NCBI GenBank assembly: GCA_050302075.1
Contig: JBNLAH010000006.1
Coordinates: 139,589-203,588, forward strand
From: Parachlamydiales bacterium
GTDB taxonomy: Bacteria > Chlamydiota > Chlamydiia > Chlamydiales > SM23-39
Length of the DNA: 64,000 nt
Reading direction: 5' to 3'
The notes under the pieces are model-generated. The model was given only the letters and a program-made list of their open reading frames with translations, was not told the DNA's origin and searched no databases. The position numbers and the translations under genes were made by a program. Below are positions 20,303 to 29,056 of the stretch, in pieces (position 1 is the stretch's first letter; the number at the start of each line of letters is the position of its first letter).

Positions 20303-20677
20303 ATGGCAAGCATTCAATCAATAAATATTGCCCAGCAAAGTTTCAGCTTCAGTAAATTTTTATCGAGCATTAATGGAAAAACTGCACAGCTGATCACCTC
20401 TATAAAAGTTAACTCCCCCTTAGTGCTGCCAGCTGTAAAAAAAACTGCTTTAAAGGCTTCATCTGCCGTAGTTACAGCAATTAAAACTCTTGCAGCATAT
20501 TGGTATTATTACGCATCTATGTATTTTACAAATGCTATGGCCCTAGCTGACACAATTATAGTAAGTGCTGTAGCAACACTTGGGCCTTATTATCCAATTT
20601 TTGCAACTTCTGTTATTTCGTTTGCAGTTGGCGCTGCTGTTATGTATAAATCAATGCAAAACCAAGAAGAAGAATAA
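20303..20677 (+). CDS. Small hydrophobic hypothetical protein (Inc-like candidate)
   Basis: SD AGGAG; Ser/Gln-rich N-terminus and Ala/Val/Tyr-rich hydrophobic C-terminal half. Confidence 0.7.
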   Translation: MASIQSINIAQQSFSFSKFLSSINGKTAQLITSIKVNSPLVLPAVKKTALKASSAVVTAIKTLAAYWYYYASMYFTNAMALADTIIVSAVATLGPYYPIFATSVISFAVGAAVMYKSMQNQEEE

Positions 20678-20680
20678 AAT

Positions 20681-22723
20681 TTAACTCCTAGGCTGAAAAA
20701 GTCTTTTTTGGCCTAATTTTTTTTTTGCCTTGCTCTTGCTGGTTTCTTTTAATCTAATTTCACCATTTTCATTAATGGCCTCGGCTGTAACCCCATCTGG
20801 AACATTAATTTGTTGATTTTTTAAAAGATCTAGATTTTTTGCTATCAATGTTGAATTGGTTCCTAAGCAAATATCGCATTTTTCAGTATATGAATAGTTG
20901 CCCTTCCATAGGTCTTTTGATGTCTTAAAATTAATGCCTGCATTTTTAATGTTAATATTTTCAAAAAAGCAGCTAGCAGATAAATCTTTGGAAAAGATTC
21001 GAAGACTCCCTCTCAACTGAAGGTTTTCACAAAAAAAATCAGCAATATTAATTACCAGCTCTGATCCATTTTTTAGAGCCCCATTCTTTAACTTTTTAGA
21101 AATCAACTTGTAACTGGGACCAAAAGCTGGATGATAAGAAAAGAAAAAAGGAGGCCTTTTAAAAACAAAGTCTTCGAAAGTCCCCACTAAAGGCACCTCA
21201 ATTGAACAATAGTTTTTAAGAAGATCATATCCATTTTTAGTAAAATCATAAAAGCACTTCTCGGGCGTTTCTAAACATGAATTGTTCGGGTCATATACTC
21301 TTTTTGTAGTTGAGATGGTCTTATTTCTGTCATTGTACGAGACGTATGTTTTTAAAAGCTTGTATGGGGATTTAATCGGCGTATTTGTTTTTTCGATAAA
21401 AGAGTCCGCAATATTTTGCATAGTGCTCTCTAATCTCCCCCCAATAATTGTTTTATGATCTTGAGTTTTTAAAGGCTTAAAATTAATCAGCGTTCCTGGA
21501 TAGGGATTTTTATCTACTTTTTTTTGAGCTTCTTTTAAATCTACAAACAACAAATTTGTATTAGACGAAAACTTCGAAAACTGATCGTTATTTTTCATTG
21601 GCTTGTCTTCTATATTGAACTTCTCGAACTCACAATACTCAATGTTAGTAATTGCAGACTCAAAGTGATTTTCTTTTCTTTTTTGGATTAATACATTTAT
21701 CCCCTCAGCTGAGTGCACTTGTCTAGGACAAGATGCAAGACCTAAAGAAGAGTCATTCATTAATCCATATCCTGTAAAAGCTAAGATACCATAATCTGTT
21801 CCAGCTATAGGGTTATTGATCTGGCGAATCAGTACCTTTTTCCTTTGTTTTGAAAAAAACCACTCAAACAGTTTCTTATCCCTGGCAAGTTTCCAAAGAG
21901 CTCCATGTCCCGACGGCTTGAGTAGTAAACTTCCATCTTCGTTAACAATCCAATCTCCGTTCTCTTTTACAACTGGCACCGACGGTTGAATAAGAAAAAA
22001 GAAACTATCTTTAGGTCGGTTAAAATAGTTGTTTTTTCTAATGAAGCTTCTTATGTGAAAAAAATTATCATTTTCATTCGAGCACATAAGAGCAATTGGC
22101 GTTATTATTTTGGATCCTTTTATTTTTTCATATAAGAGCTCTTTTGCCTGCACATCTTCAATAAGCCTTTGCAACAAAGTCTTAGAAGCAAACTGCATCA
22201 TTGCTGCTGGAAGTCTTTTTTTTGTTGCTTCATCTAATAGATGAAGCCTATCTGCAGCTCCTCCAACAACATAAATTTCACCCATCTGATCGAGCTTTTC
22301 AATTCCATGCCTAGCATAGCTTCTAACTTGCTTAGTATCTTTTGAAATATCGATAAAAAAAGGAGCATAAAAAGACAGATTTTCAACCTTCTTTGAAGAG
22401 TTACTTAAAAGCTCTAAAATTCTTAACTGGTAACCTAGAATACCTCCTATATCCAGAAAGAATTCTTCAACTTGCTCAAGGTCCTTTAAAAGAAGGTCCA
22501 CTTTATTGTTTTTAATTGCCTCCAATGCAATTTCTTTTTCGCCAATTATAATTAAGCTCTTTAACAAATACTTTTGCTTAATTGAGAAAAGCCCTTCATA
22601 TTTTCTAAAATGCTTCTGGACACTCAAATCTTTATCCAATATTTTATCTCTGTCCAAAATGTTCTTCCCTTTAATAGAGCAAACCAAATTTCTTAAAAGG
22701 GATTTTTTAGCTAATTCAAACAT
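20681..22723 (-). CDS. UTP-sugar-1-phosphate uridylyltransferase family protein (UGP3-like)
   Basis: Motifs GGAADRL, QPSVP, KPSGHGALW, RQINNP, NIEY and RLESTMQNIAD. Confidence 0.8.
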   Translation of the reverse strand: MFELAKKSLLRNLVCSIKGKNILDRDKILDKDLSVQKHFRKYEGLFSIKQKYLLKSLIIIGEKEIALEAIKNNKVDLLLKDLEQVEEFFLDIGGILGYQLRILELLSNSSKKVENLSFYAPFFIDISKDTKQVRSYARHGIEKLDQMGEIYVVGGAADRLHLLDEATKKRLPAAMMQFASKTLLQRLIEDVQAKELLYEKIKGSKIITPIALMCSNENDNFFHIRSFIRKNNYFNRPKDSFFFLIQPSVPVVKENGDWIVNEDGSLLLKPSGHGALWKLARDKKLFEWFFSKQRKKVLIRQINNPIAGTDYGILAFTGYGLMNDSSLGLASCPRQVHSAEGINVLIQKRKENHFESAITNIEYCEFEKFNIEDKPMKNNDQFSKFSSNTNLLFVDLKEAQKKVDKNPYPGTLINFKPLKTQDHKTIIGGRLESTMQNIADSFIEKTNTPIKSPYKLLKTYVSYNDRNKTISTTKRVYDPNNSCLETPEKCFYDFTKNGYDLLKNYCSIEVPLVGTFEDFVFKRPPFFFSYHPAFGPSYKLISKKLKNGALKNGSELVINIADFFCENLQLRGSLRIFSKDLSASCFFENINIKNAGINFKTSKDLWKGNYSYTEKCDICLGTNSTLIAKNLDLLKNQQINVPDGVTAEAINENGEIRLKETSKSKAKKKLGQKRLFQPRS

Positions 22724-22884
22724 GGCTTTTTTTTGTGTGTTTCCTAATAATTATACTTTAGCTTAAAATTTCTCACGATTTTTTTTGACTATAAACCCTT
22801 ATGAAGGATAAAAGTTTTCATTTAAGGACAGAAAACATGTCTAACTAAGTTTTATAAAACTCATACGAAAAGGAGTATTGATTT

Positions 22885-23151
22885 ATGGCAACTAAGCAAA
22901 ACCCAAAAAATTCAAAGTTCATGCAGCCAATGCAAATAAGTGAAGAGCTTGCTGCAGTAGTAGGCAAGGGACCAATGCCAAGAACAGAAGTTACAAAGAA
23001 ACTATGGGCTTACATTAAATCTAATGATCTTCAAGATAAAAAAAATCGAAGAAACATTAACCCTGACGCAAAGTTAGAAAAAGTATTTAAAACTGGAAAA
23101 CCAGTAAATATGTTTGAAATGACAAAACTTGTAAACAAGCATTTGTCCTAA
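22885..23151 (+). CDS. SWIB/MDM2 domain protein
   Basis: PMPRTEVTKKLWAYIK...LQD...INPDAKL...MFEMTKLVNKHL; SD AGGAG. Confidence 0.93.
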   Translation: MATKQNPKNSKFMQPMQISEELAAVVGKGPMPRTEVTKKLWAYIKSNDLQDKKNRRNINPDAKLEKVFKTGKPVNMFEMTKLVNKHLS

Positions 23152-23161
23152 TATTTATTTT

Positions 23162-23192
23162 AAGCCCAAAAGATTTTCTTTTGGGCTTGTTT
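23162..23192 (+). terminator. Intrinsic terminator after the SWIB gene
   Basis: AAGCCCAAAAG-loop-CTTTTGGGCTT followed by GTTTT. Confidence 0.75.
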
Positions 23193-23258
23193 TGATCTTT
23201 GCCCACCTTTAAACTATAAGATAGTTTTTTACCCCTCTTAAGAAAAAATTTTATTTTA

Positions 23259-24071
23259 ATGAACCGCTATTTTATTTTAATTGCCTATGATGGCTCTAAC
23301 TATTTCGGTTGGCAAAATCAAGCAGAAGTTCAGTCTATTCAGGCTGTTTTAGAAGCATCTATTAATAAGATTTTACAAGCTAAAGTCGTAGTTGTAGGTT
23401 CTGGTAGGACAGACGCAAAAACTCATGCTTTAGGACAAGTAGCTCATTTTGACACTGATAAAGTTTTAAGTGAAGAAACTTTTTTAATTTCACTAAACAG
23501 TTTACTGCCATCCGATGTTAGAGTTTTAGACATTCGATTGACCACAAAAGATTTTCATGCCAGATTTAGTGCTATAAAAAAAATTTACCACTATTATATC
23601 AATCAAAAGCCTGTAGTAATCCCCCACCTTAGATCTACTCATTTACATATCAGTAAGCCCATTGATTTAGAGCTTATTCAAAAAGCTGCAAATGAATTTA
23701 TTGGCACTCATGACTTCACCTCTTTTGCAAATGTAGGATCAAATGCAAAAAATAAGACCAAGACCATTTACAGAATCGAATGCTCCAAAACACCCGTCGG
23801 GCTATGCTTAGAATTTGAAGGTAGCGGATTTTTATATAAAATGGTCAGAAATATTGTCGGAACCTTACTTGCTGTCAATCAGGGTAGAATAACTTTAGAT
23901 CAGATCAAGACAATTTTAAAAGCTAAAGACAGAAGAAAAGCTTTTTCTGCAGTGCCAGCTCATGGCCTTTTCCTTATGAGGGTTGTGTATCCAAAACAGT
24001 TTGACTACTTGTTTTCCTCAGAAAGTATAAAGCCAAAACTCCAAATGCTAGAATTGGCAGAGCGGGACTAA
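23259..24071 (+). CDS. truA: tRNA pseudouridine(38-40) synthase
   Basis: Motifs AYDGSNYFGWQ, GSGRTDAKTHA, FHARFSA, GFLYKMVRNIVG and PAHGL. Confidence 0.96.
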   Translation: MNRYFILIAYDGSNYFGWQNQAEVQSIQAVLEASINKILQAKVVVVGSGRTDAKTHALGQVAHFDTDKVLSEETFLISLNSLLPSDVRVLDIRLTTKDFHARFSAIKKIYHYYINQKPVVIPHLRSTHLHISKPIDLELIQKAANEFIGTHDFTSFANVGSNAKNKTKTIYRIECSKTPVGLCLEFEGSGFLYKMVRNIVGTLLAVNQGRITLDQIKTILKAKDRRKAFSAVPAHGLFLMRVVYPKQFDYLFSSESIKPKLQMLELAERD

Positions 24072-25194
24072 TAACTAACTTCGTCTTTTGATAAATCAAA
24101 TAGCTTATCATCGGAGCAGTTTTACCTAAGTGAGCCCCAATTACATTTGCAACTGCAATCGTTTGAAATCGATTTTTCACCTTAGTTTTTTTATAGGCAT
24201 AGTAGTAACAAGATGACGAAAATAATACTGCCGTTCCAACCAAACAAGACCTAACTATAAAAACACTGCTAAATGAGCTGCTTTTGAGAAGGTAAAAAAG
24301 AGGAGCTGCTGTAAATAGATTTAGATAAATAGCTACTTTCATTACTCTCTCATAGCCGTACTTATAATTAAGATAGCCTCCAACCAAAAGTAAAAGCATA
24401 TCTAAGAAAAGTAAGTAAATGTTCATATCAAGAACTTGTTTATAAGTAATTGATGTAATTAGTGGAACCCAACTATTCATTAAGGTCATTACATTGTAGT
24501 AAAGCACATAAGAAAAACATGTTATAAACATGACAGATAATTGACCTTTATAATCAACTAAGTCATCTTCCTTTTCTTTAAAACTAGATGGCCTTTGATT
24601 TGATATTATATTTTTTCTAATCAAAAATCCTAAAAAAGCTCCAAAAGCGCTAAAGAAATAAAGATAACGCCAATAGACTTTTATATTGATTTCTATTAAG
24701 GACACAAAAAATGTAGCTAGAATATACCCTAAGATACTAGATACTTCGTAAATGCTACTTGTTATTTGTCTTTTATTTGCATTTCCGTTTTCTAAAAGAT
24801 AAAGCATCCCACCAATTTTTTCTCCTGAGGCAAAAAAATTCTGAGCCATTAAAAACATAAACAACAACCAAGAAGCAAACGGTCCAATTGATTCTTTTGT
24901 AGGTAGTAGACCAATTAAAACAGCTACACTAGCCATACCAAAAAGCGTGTACGACAACGCATGAGAAACTCCCTTCTTATCTCCTAATTTTCCAAAATAT
25001 TTAGCACCCAGTAGTCTTGGGAATAAAAAAAGAAAAAAGAACGAGTAACTTTTTACATATGTAATAATTTGATTGTCACTTGTAAAAAATAGACTTGAAA
25101 AAACCGGTGTTAAAAGACCGTATAAAGCAAGCTCGTAATGATCAAATACATTTCCAAGCAAGCCATAAAGATAGACTTTAAAATTTTTCTTCAT
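23974..25194 (-). CDS. MFS transporter (ProP/MHS-like), under TPP riboswitch control
   Basis: GNVFDHYE in TM1, MFS motif A GKLGDKKG, about 12 hydrophobic segments; likely start is ATG 25194, the track uses GTG 25203. Confidence 0.88.
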   Translation of the reverse strand: MKKNFKVYLYGLLGNVFDHYELALYGLLTPVFSSLFFTSDNQIITYVKSYSFFFLFLFPRLLGAKYFGKLGDKKGVSHALSYTLFGMASVAVLIGLLPTKESIGPFASWLLFMFLMAQNFFASGEKIGGMLYLLENGNANKRQITSSIYEVSSILGYILATFFVSLIEINIKVYWRYLYFFSAFGAFLGFLIRKNIISNQRPSSFKEKEDDLVDYKGQLSVMFITCFSYVLYYNVMTLMNSWVPLITSITYKQVLDMNIYLLFLDMLLLLVGGYLNYKYGYERVMKVAIYLNLFTAAPLFYLLKSSSFSSVFIVRSCLVGTAVLFSSSCYYYAYKKTKVKNRFQTIAVANVIGAHLGKTAPMISYLIYQKTKLVISPALPILAFGVLALYFLRKTSSQTVLDTQPS

Positions 25195-25198
25195 GATG

Positions 25199-25284
25199 CA
25201 CACTCCCTCCGCCAGTATTATCTGGATCAGGTTAAAAGGGTTGAACAGATTGTTCTTTCAGCTGTTTAAGCACCCCTGGTGGTT
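25199..25284 (-). ncRNA. TPP (THI-box) riboswitch
   Basis: Minus strand reads AGGGGTGC...GCTGAAA...ACCCTTTTAACCTGATCCAGATAATACTGGCGGAGGGAG; P2, P4 and P5 (CCAG/CTGG) core conserved. Confidence 0.92.
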
Positions 25285-25342
25285 AAAAAAATCATGGCAT
25301 TAAGCTTAACAAAACTGCCAAATTTAGCATTAGCTTAAAAAA

Positions 25343-26023
25343 TTAAATTAACTCGGAAATCTTTTTAAAAGATGTATAGTGTGATACTTCTGTCATTCCG
25401 TACAGGGCTTCCATTTGGGGGATATGCAGGGCATTGATTAAAACGGGTTTGGCAGGTGTCCCCAAAAGGGCTTCAATCCCCTTTACACTGTCCTCAAAAC
25501 CGATGATTTTATCTTTATGTCTACCATATAGTTGAATAGCCTTTTTGTAGCACTCAGGGTTTGGTTTGGGCTCTATATAGCTTTCTCTAGTTATCCAATG
25601 ATTAATAAGCTTTAAGGTTGGTTGAGATGCTACAATTAAATCTGTTTGTTGCTTAGTCGAATTGGTTACAACGCAAGATTCTATTTTATTTGCAGAAAGT
25701 GCATTTAACAACTCCAAAACACCTTCCATAAGCTCTATCTTTGCTGTTTTTAATATGGAAACATATTCATCTTTTTTCTCCTGATAGATATCAAACCACT
25801 TTGCTTCATTTGCAAAAAGCATAGGATATTCGACTTCTAAAATGTCTTTTAAACCTTGTGATTTTGAATGTGCAGCTTGGCAATATTTTAAAAAACTTAA
25901 GTTCAGCTTAACTCCTCTTCTCAAGCAGACATTAAGGTAAGCTTGATAGTGAAGAGGCTCTGTATCAACTAAAAGACCATCAAGATCAAAGAGAAATAAT
26001 TGATATTTTTTTATCCAATGCAT
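25343..26023 (-). CDS. HAD-superfamily phosphatase (beta-PGM/CbbY-like)
   Basis: Motifs FDLDGLLVDTE, VTNS, KPNPECY and FEDS. Confidence 0.9.
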   Translation of the reverse strand: MHWIKKYQLFLFDLDGLLVDTEPLHYQAYLNVCLRRGVKLNLSFLKYCQAAHSKSQGLKDILEVEYPMLFANEAKWFDIYQEKKDEYVSILKTAKIELMEGVLELLNALSANKIESCVVTNSTKQQTDLIVASQPTLKLINHWITRESYIEPKPNPECYKKAIQLYGRHKDKIIGFEDSVKGIEALLGTPAKPVLINALHIPQMEALYGMTEVSHYTSFKKISELI

Positions 26024-26115
26024 GAAAAAGAGAATAGTTAGAACTGTATAAAAGATCCAACAATATTCTTGACGATTTTATTATCTCTATATAAGAAACA
26101 TAAAAAAGGCCATTA

Positions 26116-28023
26116 ATGAAAAAAATCAATTTAAACTATATTTATTTTGGATTTATTTTCGTTGTCCTATCTACTTTGACAATCTTGAACTTTATCTCAA
26201 TTTACCAACTTAATAGCTCTAAGTTTTTCTTTTTACTTTATTCATTTGGACAAATCCTATTGGAAATTTCAATAATGATTACAGCAATTAATTTAAGTAA
26301 AAAATATTTTCCTAAAATACTTTACATACTTGTTATTGGAGCTTCTTTTGCCTTCTTCTTAACTCATATTTTTGATTTTTTCTTAAATCGAATATTAGAT
26401 CTTAATTTCACCCAAACACTGGGTTTCGTAATTGATGAGAGCTTTACTAATTTAATTGAGATGTTTCATGCATCAGGAATCCCTTTATTTGTTTGGGTCA
26501 TAGGCGCTTTTCTCATGTTTTTGACTCCTTTTTTAGGTTATTTATTGTTTGTTCTTTGTGATAAAATTTCGAACAAAGTCCCGTTGCACATTAAAGCAGA
26601 TAAAGTATATCAGGCTCTTTTTTGCTTACCTTTAGCACTTATAGTATGGGATATAAACGCTTCAAGATTGCTAAATGCAAATGACTATACTATCTATTTA
26701 AGGCTACTACCTTGGAATAGAACATTTTTTCAGCCCAAAGGTATCTGGATTACCACAAACGCCCCTCTCAAACATCCCAAAAGCGAAAGTGCTGTAATAG
26801 ATGATCTAAACTCAAAAGTTTATAAGCCCCTGCATATGCCAAATATTTACCTTTTTATAGCAGAAAGCTTAAGGGATGATTTTATAACAAATGACATAGC
26901 CCCTAATTTATACGCATTCAAACAAACAAATATTCATTTTAAAATCCCATTGTCAAACGCAAATGATACTACAGACTCTTGGTTTTCCATTTTTTACTCT
27001 AAACTACCCTACCAAAAGACCCGAGTTCAAAAAGCCAAATGGAAAATAGGAAGCCCCGCTCTTTATTATTTAAAAAAGCTTGGCTATAAAATTCATGTTC
27101 ATACTTCAGCAGCTTTGGCGTATTATGGAATGGAAGAGCTGCTATTTGGCTATGAACGCTTTAATTTAGCCTCGTTTAACTCCTTCCCACATTATCCCCC
27201 TCTTAAATCATATGAGACTGACGCCAGAGCAATTAATGCTTTTAATGATTTTGTTTCACAAAATAAAGAAGATCAAGGACATGTTCATATCTTCTTTTTA
27301 GACTCTACTCACTTTGACTATAGTTACCCAGAAACAACTTTTACTAAGTTTGCTCCGATCTCTGCCAGCTTGAGCTTTTTCAAAGCTTACCCAAACTCTA
27401 ATGATTTAGAGAAAATTAAAAACAGATACAGAAACTCTATTTACTATTTAGATTCTTTATTTAAAAATTTCACACAAACTTTAAGAAAAAACAACCTCTA
27501 CGATAGTTCAGTAATTATTTTCACAGGTGACCATGGGGAAGAGTTTATGGAGCATGGGCACATGTTTCACTGCTCTGAGTTAAATAAAGAGCAGACAACG
27601 GTCCCGATTTTCTACAAGTTTGGAAATAACTTGCAAAGGTTAATCAACAAAACTTCAATGACATGCCACTTAGAAATTTTTCCGAGTGTTTTTGATTATC
27701 TATTTGGAGAGAATTTATTTTCTGATGTTTTTGAAGGCAACTCAATTTTTGATAAAAATAAATGGCCATACGTTATGTCTTTTCGTTACAACGCCTCCCG
27801 TGCCCCATATGAATTTTTCATTCACAATGGAAAGACTAAACTAGTAGCCCGGTTTAAAAATCAAAAAGATATCTTCGCGTCCAAAGAACTTCAGATTGTA
27901 AGTATAAAAGACCTAAATGAAAATTATATATACTATAATCCGAAGAAAACTAGAGTTTTTATTGAAAAAGAGTTTAAAGATTCTTTAGATAAAATCTGCG
28001 AAAAACCTTATTTGGACAAATGA
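26116..28023 (+). CDS. Membrane-anchored sulfatase-like hydrolase/transferase (YejM/LtaS-like)
   Basis: Five N-terminal hydrophobic segments, then PNIYLFIAESLR, DSTHFDY and TGDHGEEF. Confidence 0.82.
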   Translation: MKKINLNYIYFGFIFVVLSTLTILNFISIYQLNSSKFFFLLYSFGQILLEISIMITAINLSKKYFPKILYILVIGASFAFFLTHIFDFFLNRILDLNFTQTLGFVIDESFTNLIEMFHASGIPLFVWVIGAFLMFLTPFLGYLLFVLCDKISNKVPLHIKADKVYQALFCLPLALIVWDINASRLLNANDYTIYLRLLPWNRTFFQPKGIWITTNAPLKHPKSESAVIDDLNSKVYKPLHMPNIYLFIAESLRDDFITNDIAPNLYAFKQTNIHFKIPLSNANDTTDSWFSIFYSKLPYQKTRVQKAKWKIGSPALYYLKKLGYKIHVHTSAALAYYGMEELLFGYERFNLASFNSFPHYPPLKSYETDARAINAFNDFVSQNKEDQGHVHIFFLDSTHFDYSYPETTFTKFAPISASLSFFKAYPNSNDLEKIKNRYRNSIYYLDSLFKNFTQTLRKNNLYDSSVIIFTGDHGEEFMEHGHMFHCSELNKEQTTVPIFYKFGNNLQRLINKTSMTCHLEIFPSVFDYLFGENLFSDVFEGNSIFDKNKWPYVMSFRYNASRAPYEFFIHNGKTKLVARFKNQKDIFASKELQIVSIKDLNENYIYYNPKKTRVFIEKEFKDSLDKICEKPYLDK

Positions 28024-28985
28024 TCAATAGCCTGAAGAGCTGCTTTAGCTCCGTCTCCAGAAGCAGAAATGGCTTGCTTATAAACAGGATCTACAATATC
28101 ACCTACAGCATAAATACCTTTCTTACTTGTTTCTTGGTCTTTCTCTAAAATGATATATCCCTTTTCATCCAGCTTGATTTGCCCTTTAAATATTTCCGTG
28201 TTTGGCTTAGATCCGATTGCCAGAAACACCCCATCAATATCTAATGTCTTTATTTTATCTTTTATTTTCACATCAACATGTGTGACAGTGTCCTGATCTC
28301 CATGGATTTCTTGAAGGGTGCTTTCGTATAGGAAGTGGACGTTTTTCTTTCTTTTCAACTTTTGAAGTCTTTGCAGCTCTACAACCTTAAAACTTTTCTT
28401 TCTTACAAAGACATACACATCTTTTGCAATATCAGATAAGTATTCAGCTTCCAGCAAGGCACTGTCTCCACCACCCACTATTGCAACTTTCTTATTTCGA
28501 TATAAAGGTCCATCACATACAGCACAATTGGTAACACCTTTTCCCCAAAAATTTGACTCACCTTTTATTTTTAAAAGATTAGGGGTAGTTCCCATCGCAA
28601 TAATGCAGCTTTTAGCTTTAAGGACTTTCTTGTTTCCGTTGAAATCCACAGCTTCAATAGTGTAAGGCTTCTCGCTGAAATCAACGCTTTTTACTACGCC
28701 TTCAAAAAACTCAACTCCAGAAGACAATGCTTGTTTTTTTATCTTATCAGCCAGCTCATATCCAGAAATTTCAATCTCTGATGGCCAATTTTGCACTTTA
28801 TGCGATTGAGCTATTAGGCCACCTGGGTTATTACCTTCAATTATAACGGGCTTAAGGCCTGCTCTAGAAAGGTATAAAGCAGAGCTCATACCGCCAACCC
28901 CGCCCCCTAAAATAACCACATCCTCAACAGCATGCGAAAAGGCGATTGAAAAGAAAAAAATTAAAACAAAAAAAAGTCTTGTCAT
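28008..28985 (-). CDS. trxB: Thioredoxin-disulfide reductase family protein with signal-peptide-like leader
   Basis: GGGVGG FAD motif, CAVCDG redox pair, VGGGDSA, GD...QAISASGDG. Confidence 0.85.
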   Translation of the reverse strand: MTRLFFVLIFFFSIAFSHAVEDVVILGGGVGGMSSALYLSRAGLKPVIIEGNNPGGLIAQSHKVQNWPSEIEISGYELADKIKKQALSSGVEFFEGVVKSVDFSEKPYTIEAVDFNGNKKVLKAKSCIIAMGTTPNLLKIKGESNFWGKGVTNCAVCDGPLYRNKKVAIVGGGDSALLEAEYLSDIAKDVYVFVRKKSFKVVELQRLQKLKRKKNVHFLYESTLQEIHGDQDTVTHVDVKIKDKIKTLDIDGVFLAIGSKPNTEIFKGQIKLDEKGYIILEKDQETSKKGIYAVGDIVDPVYKQAISASGDGAKAALQAIDHLSK

Positions 28986-29056
28986 TTTGGTTTGTATTAG
29001 AAATTACAAGTTCTTTATAGTGCAAGTAAGGAAATATAATCCAGCTTTTTTCAAAA

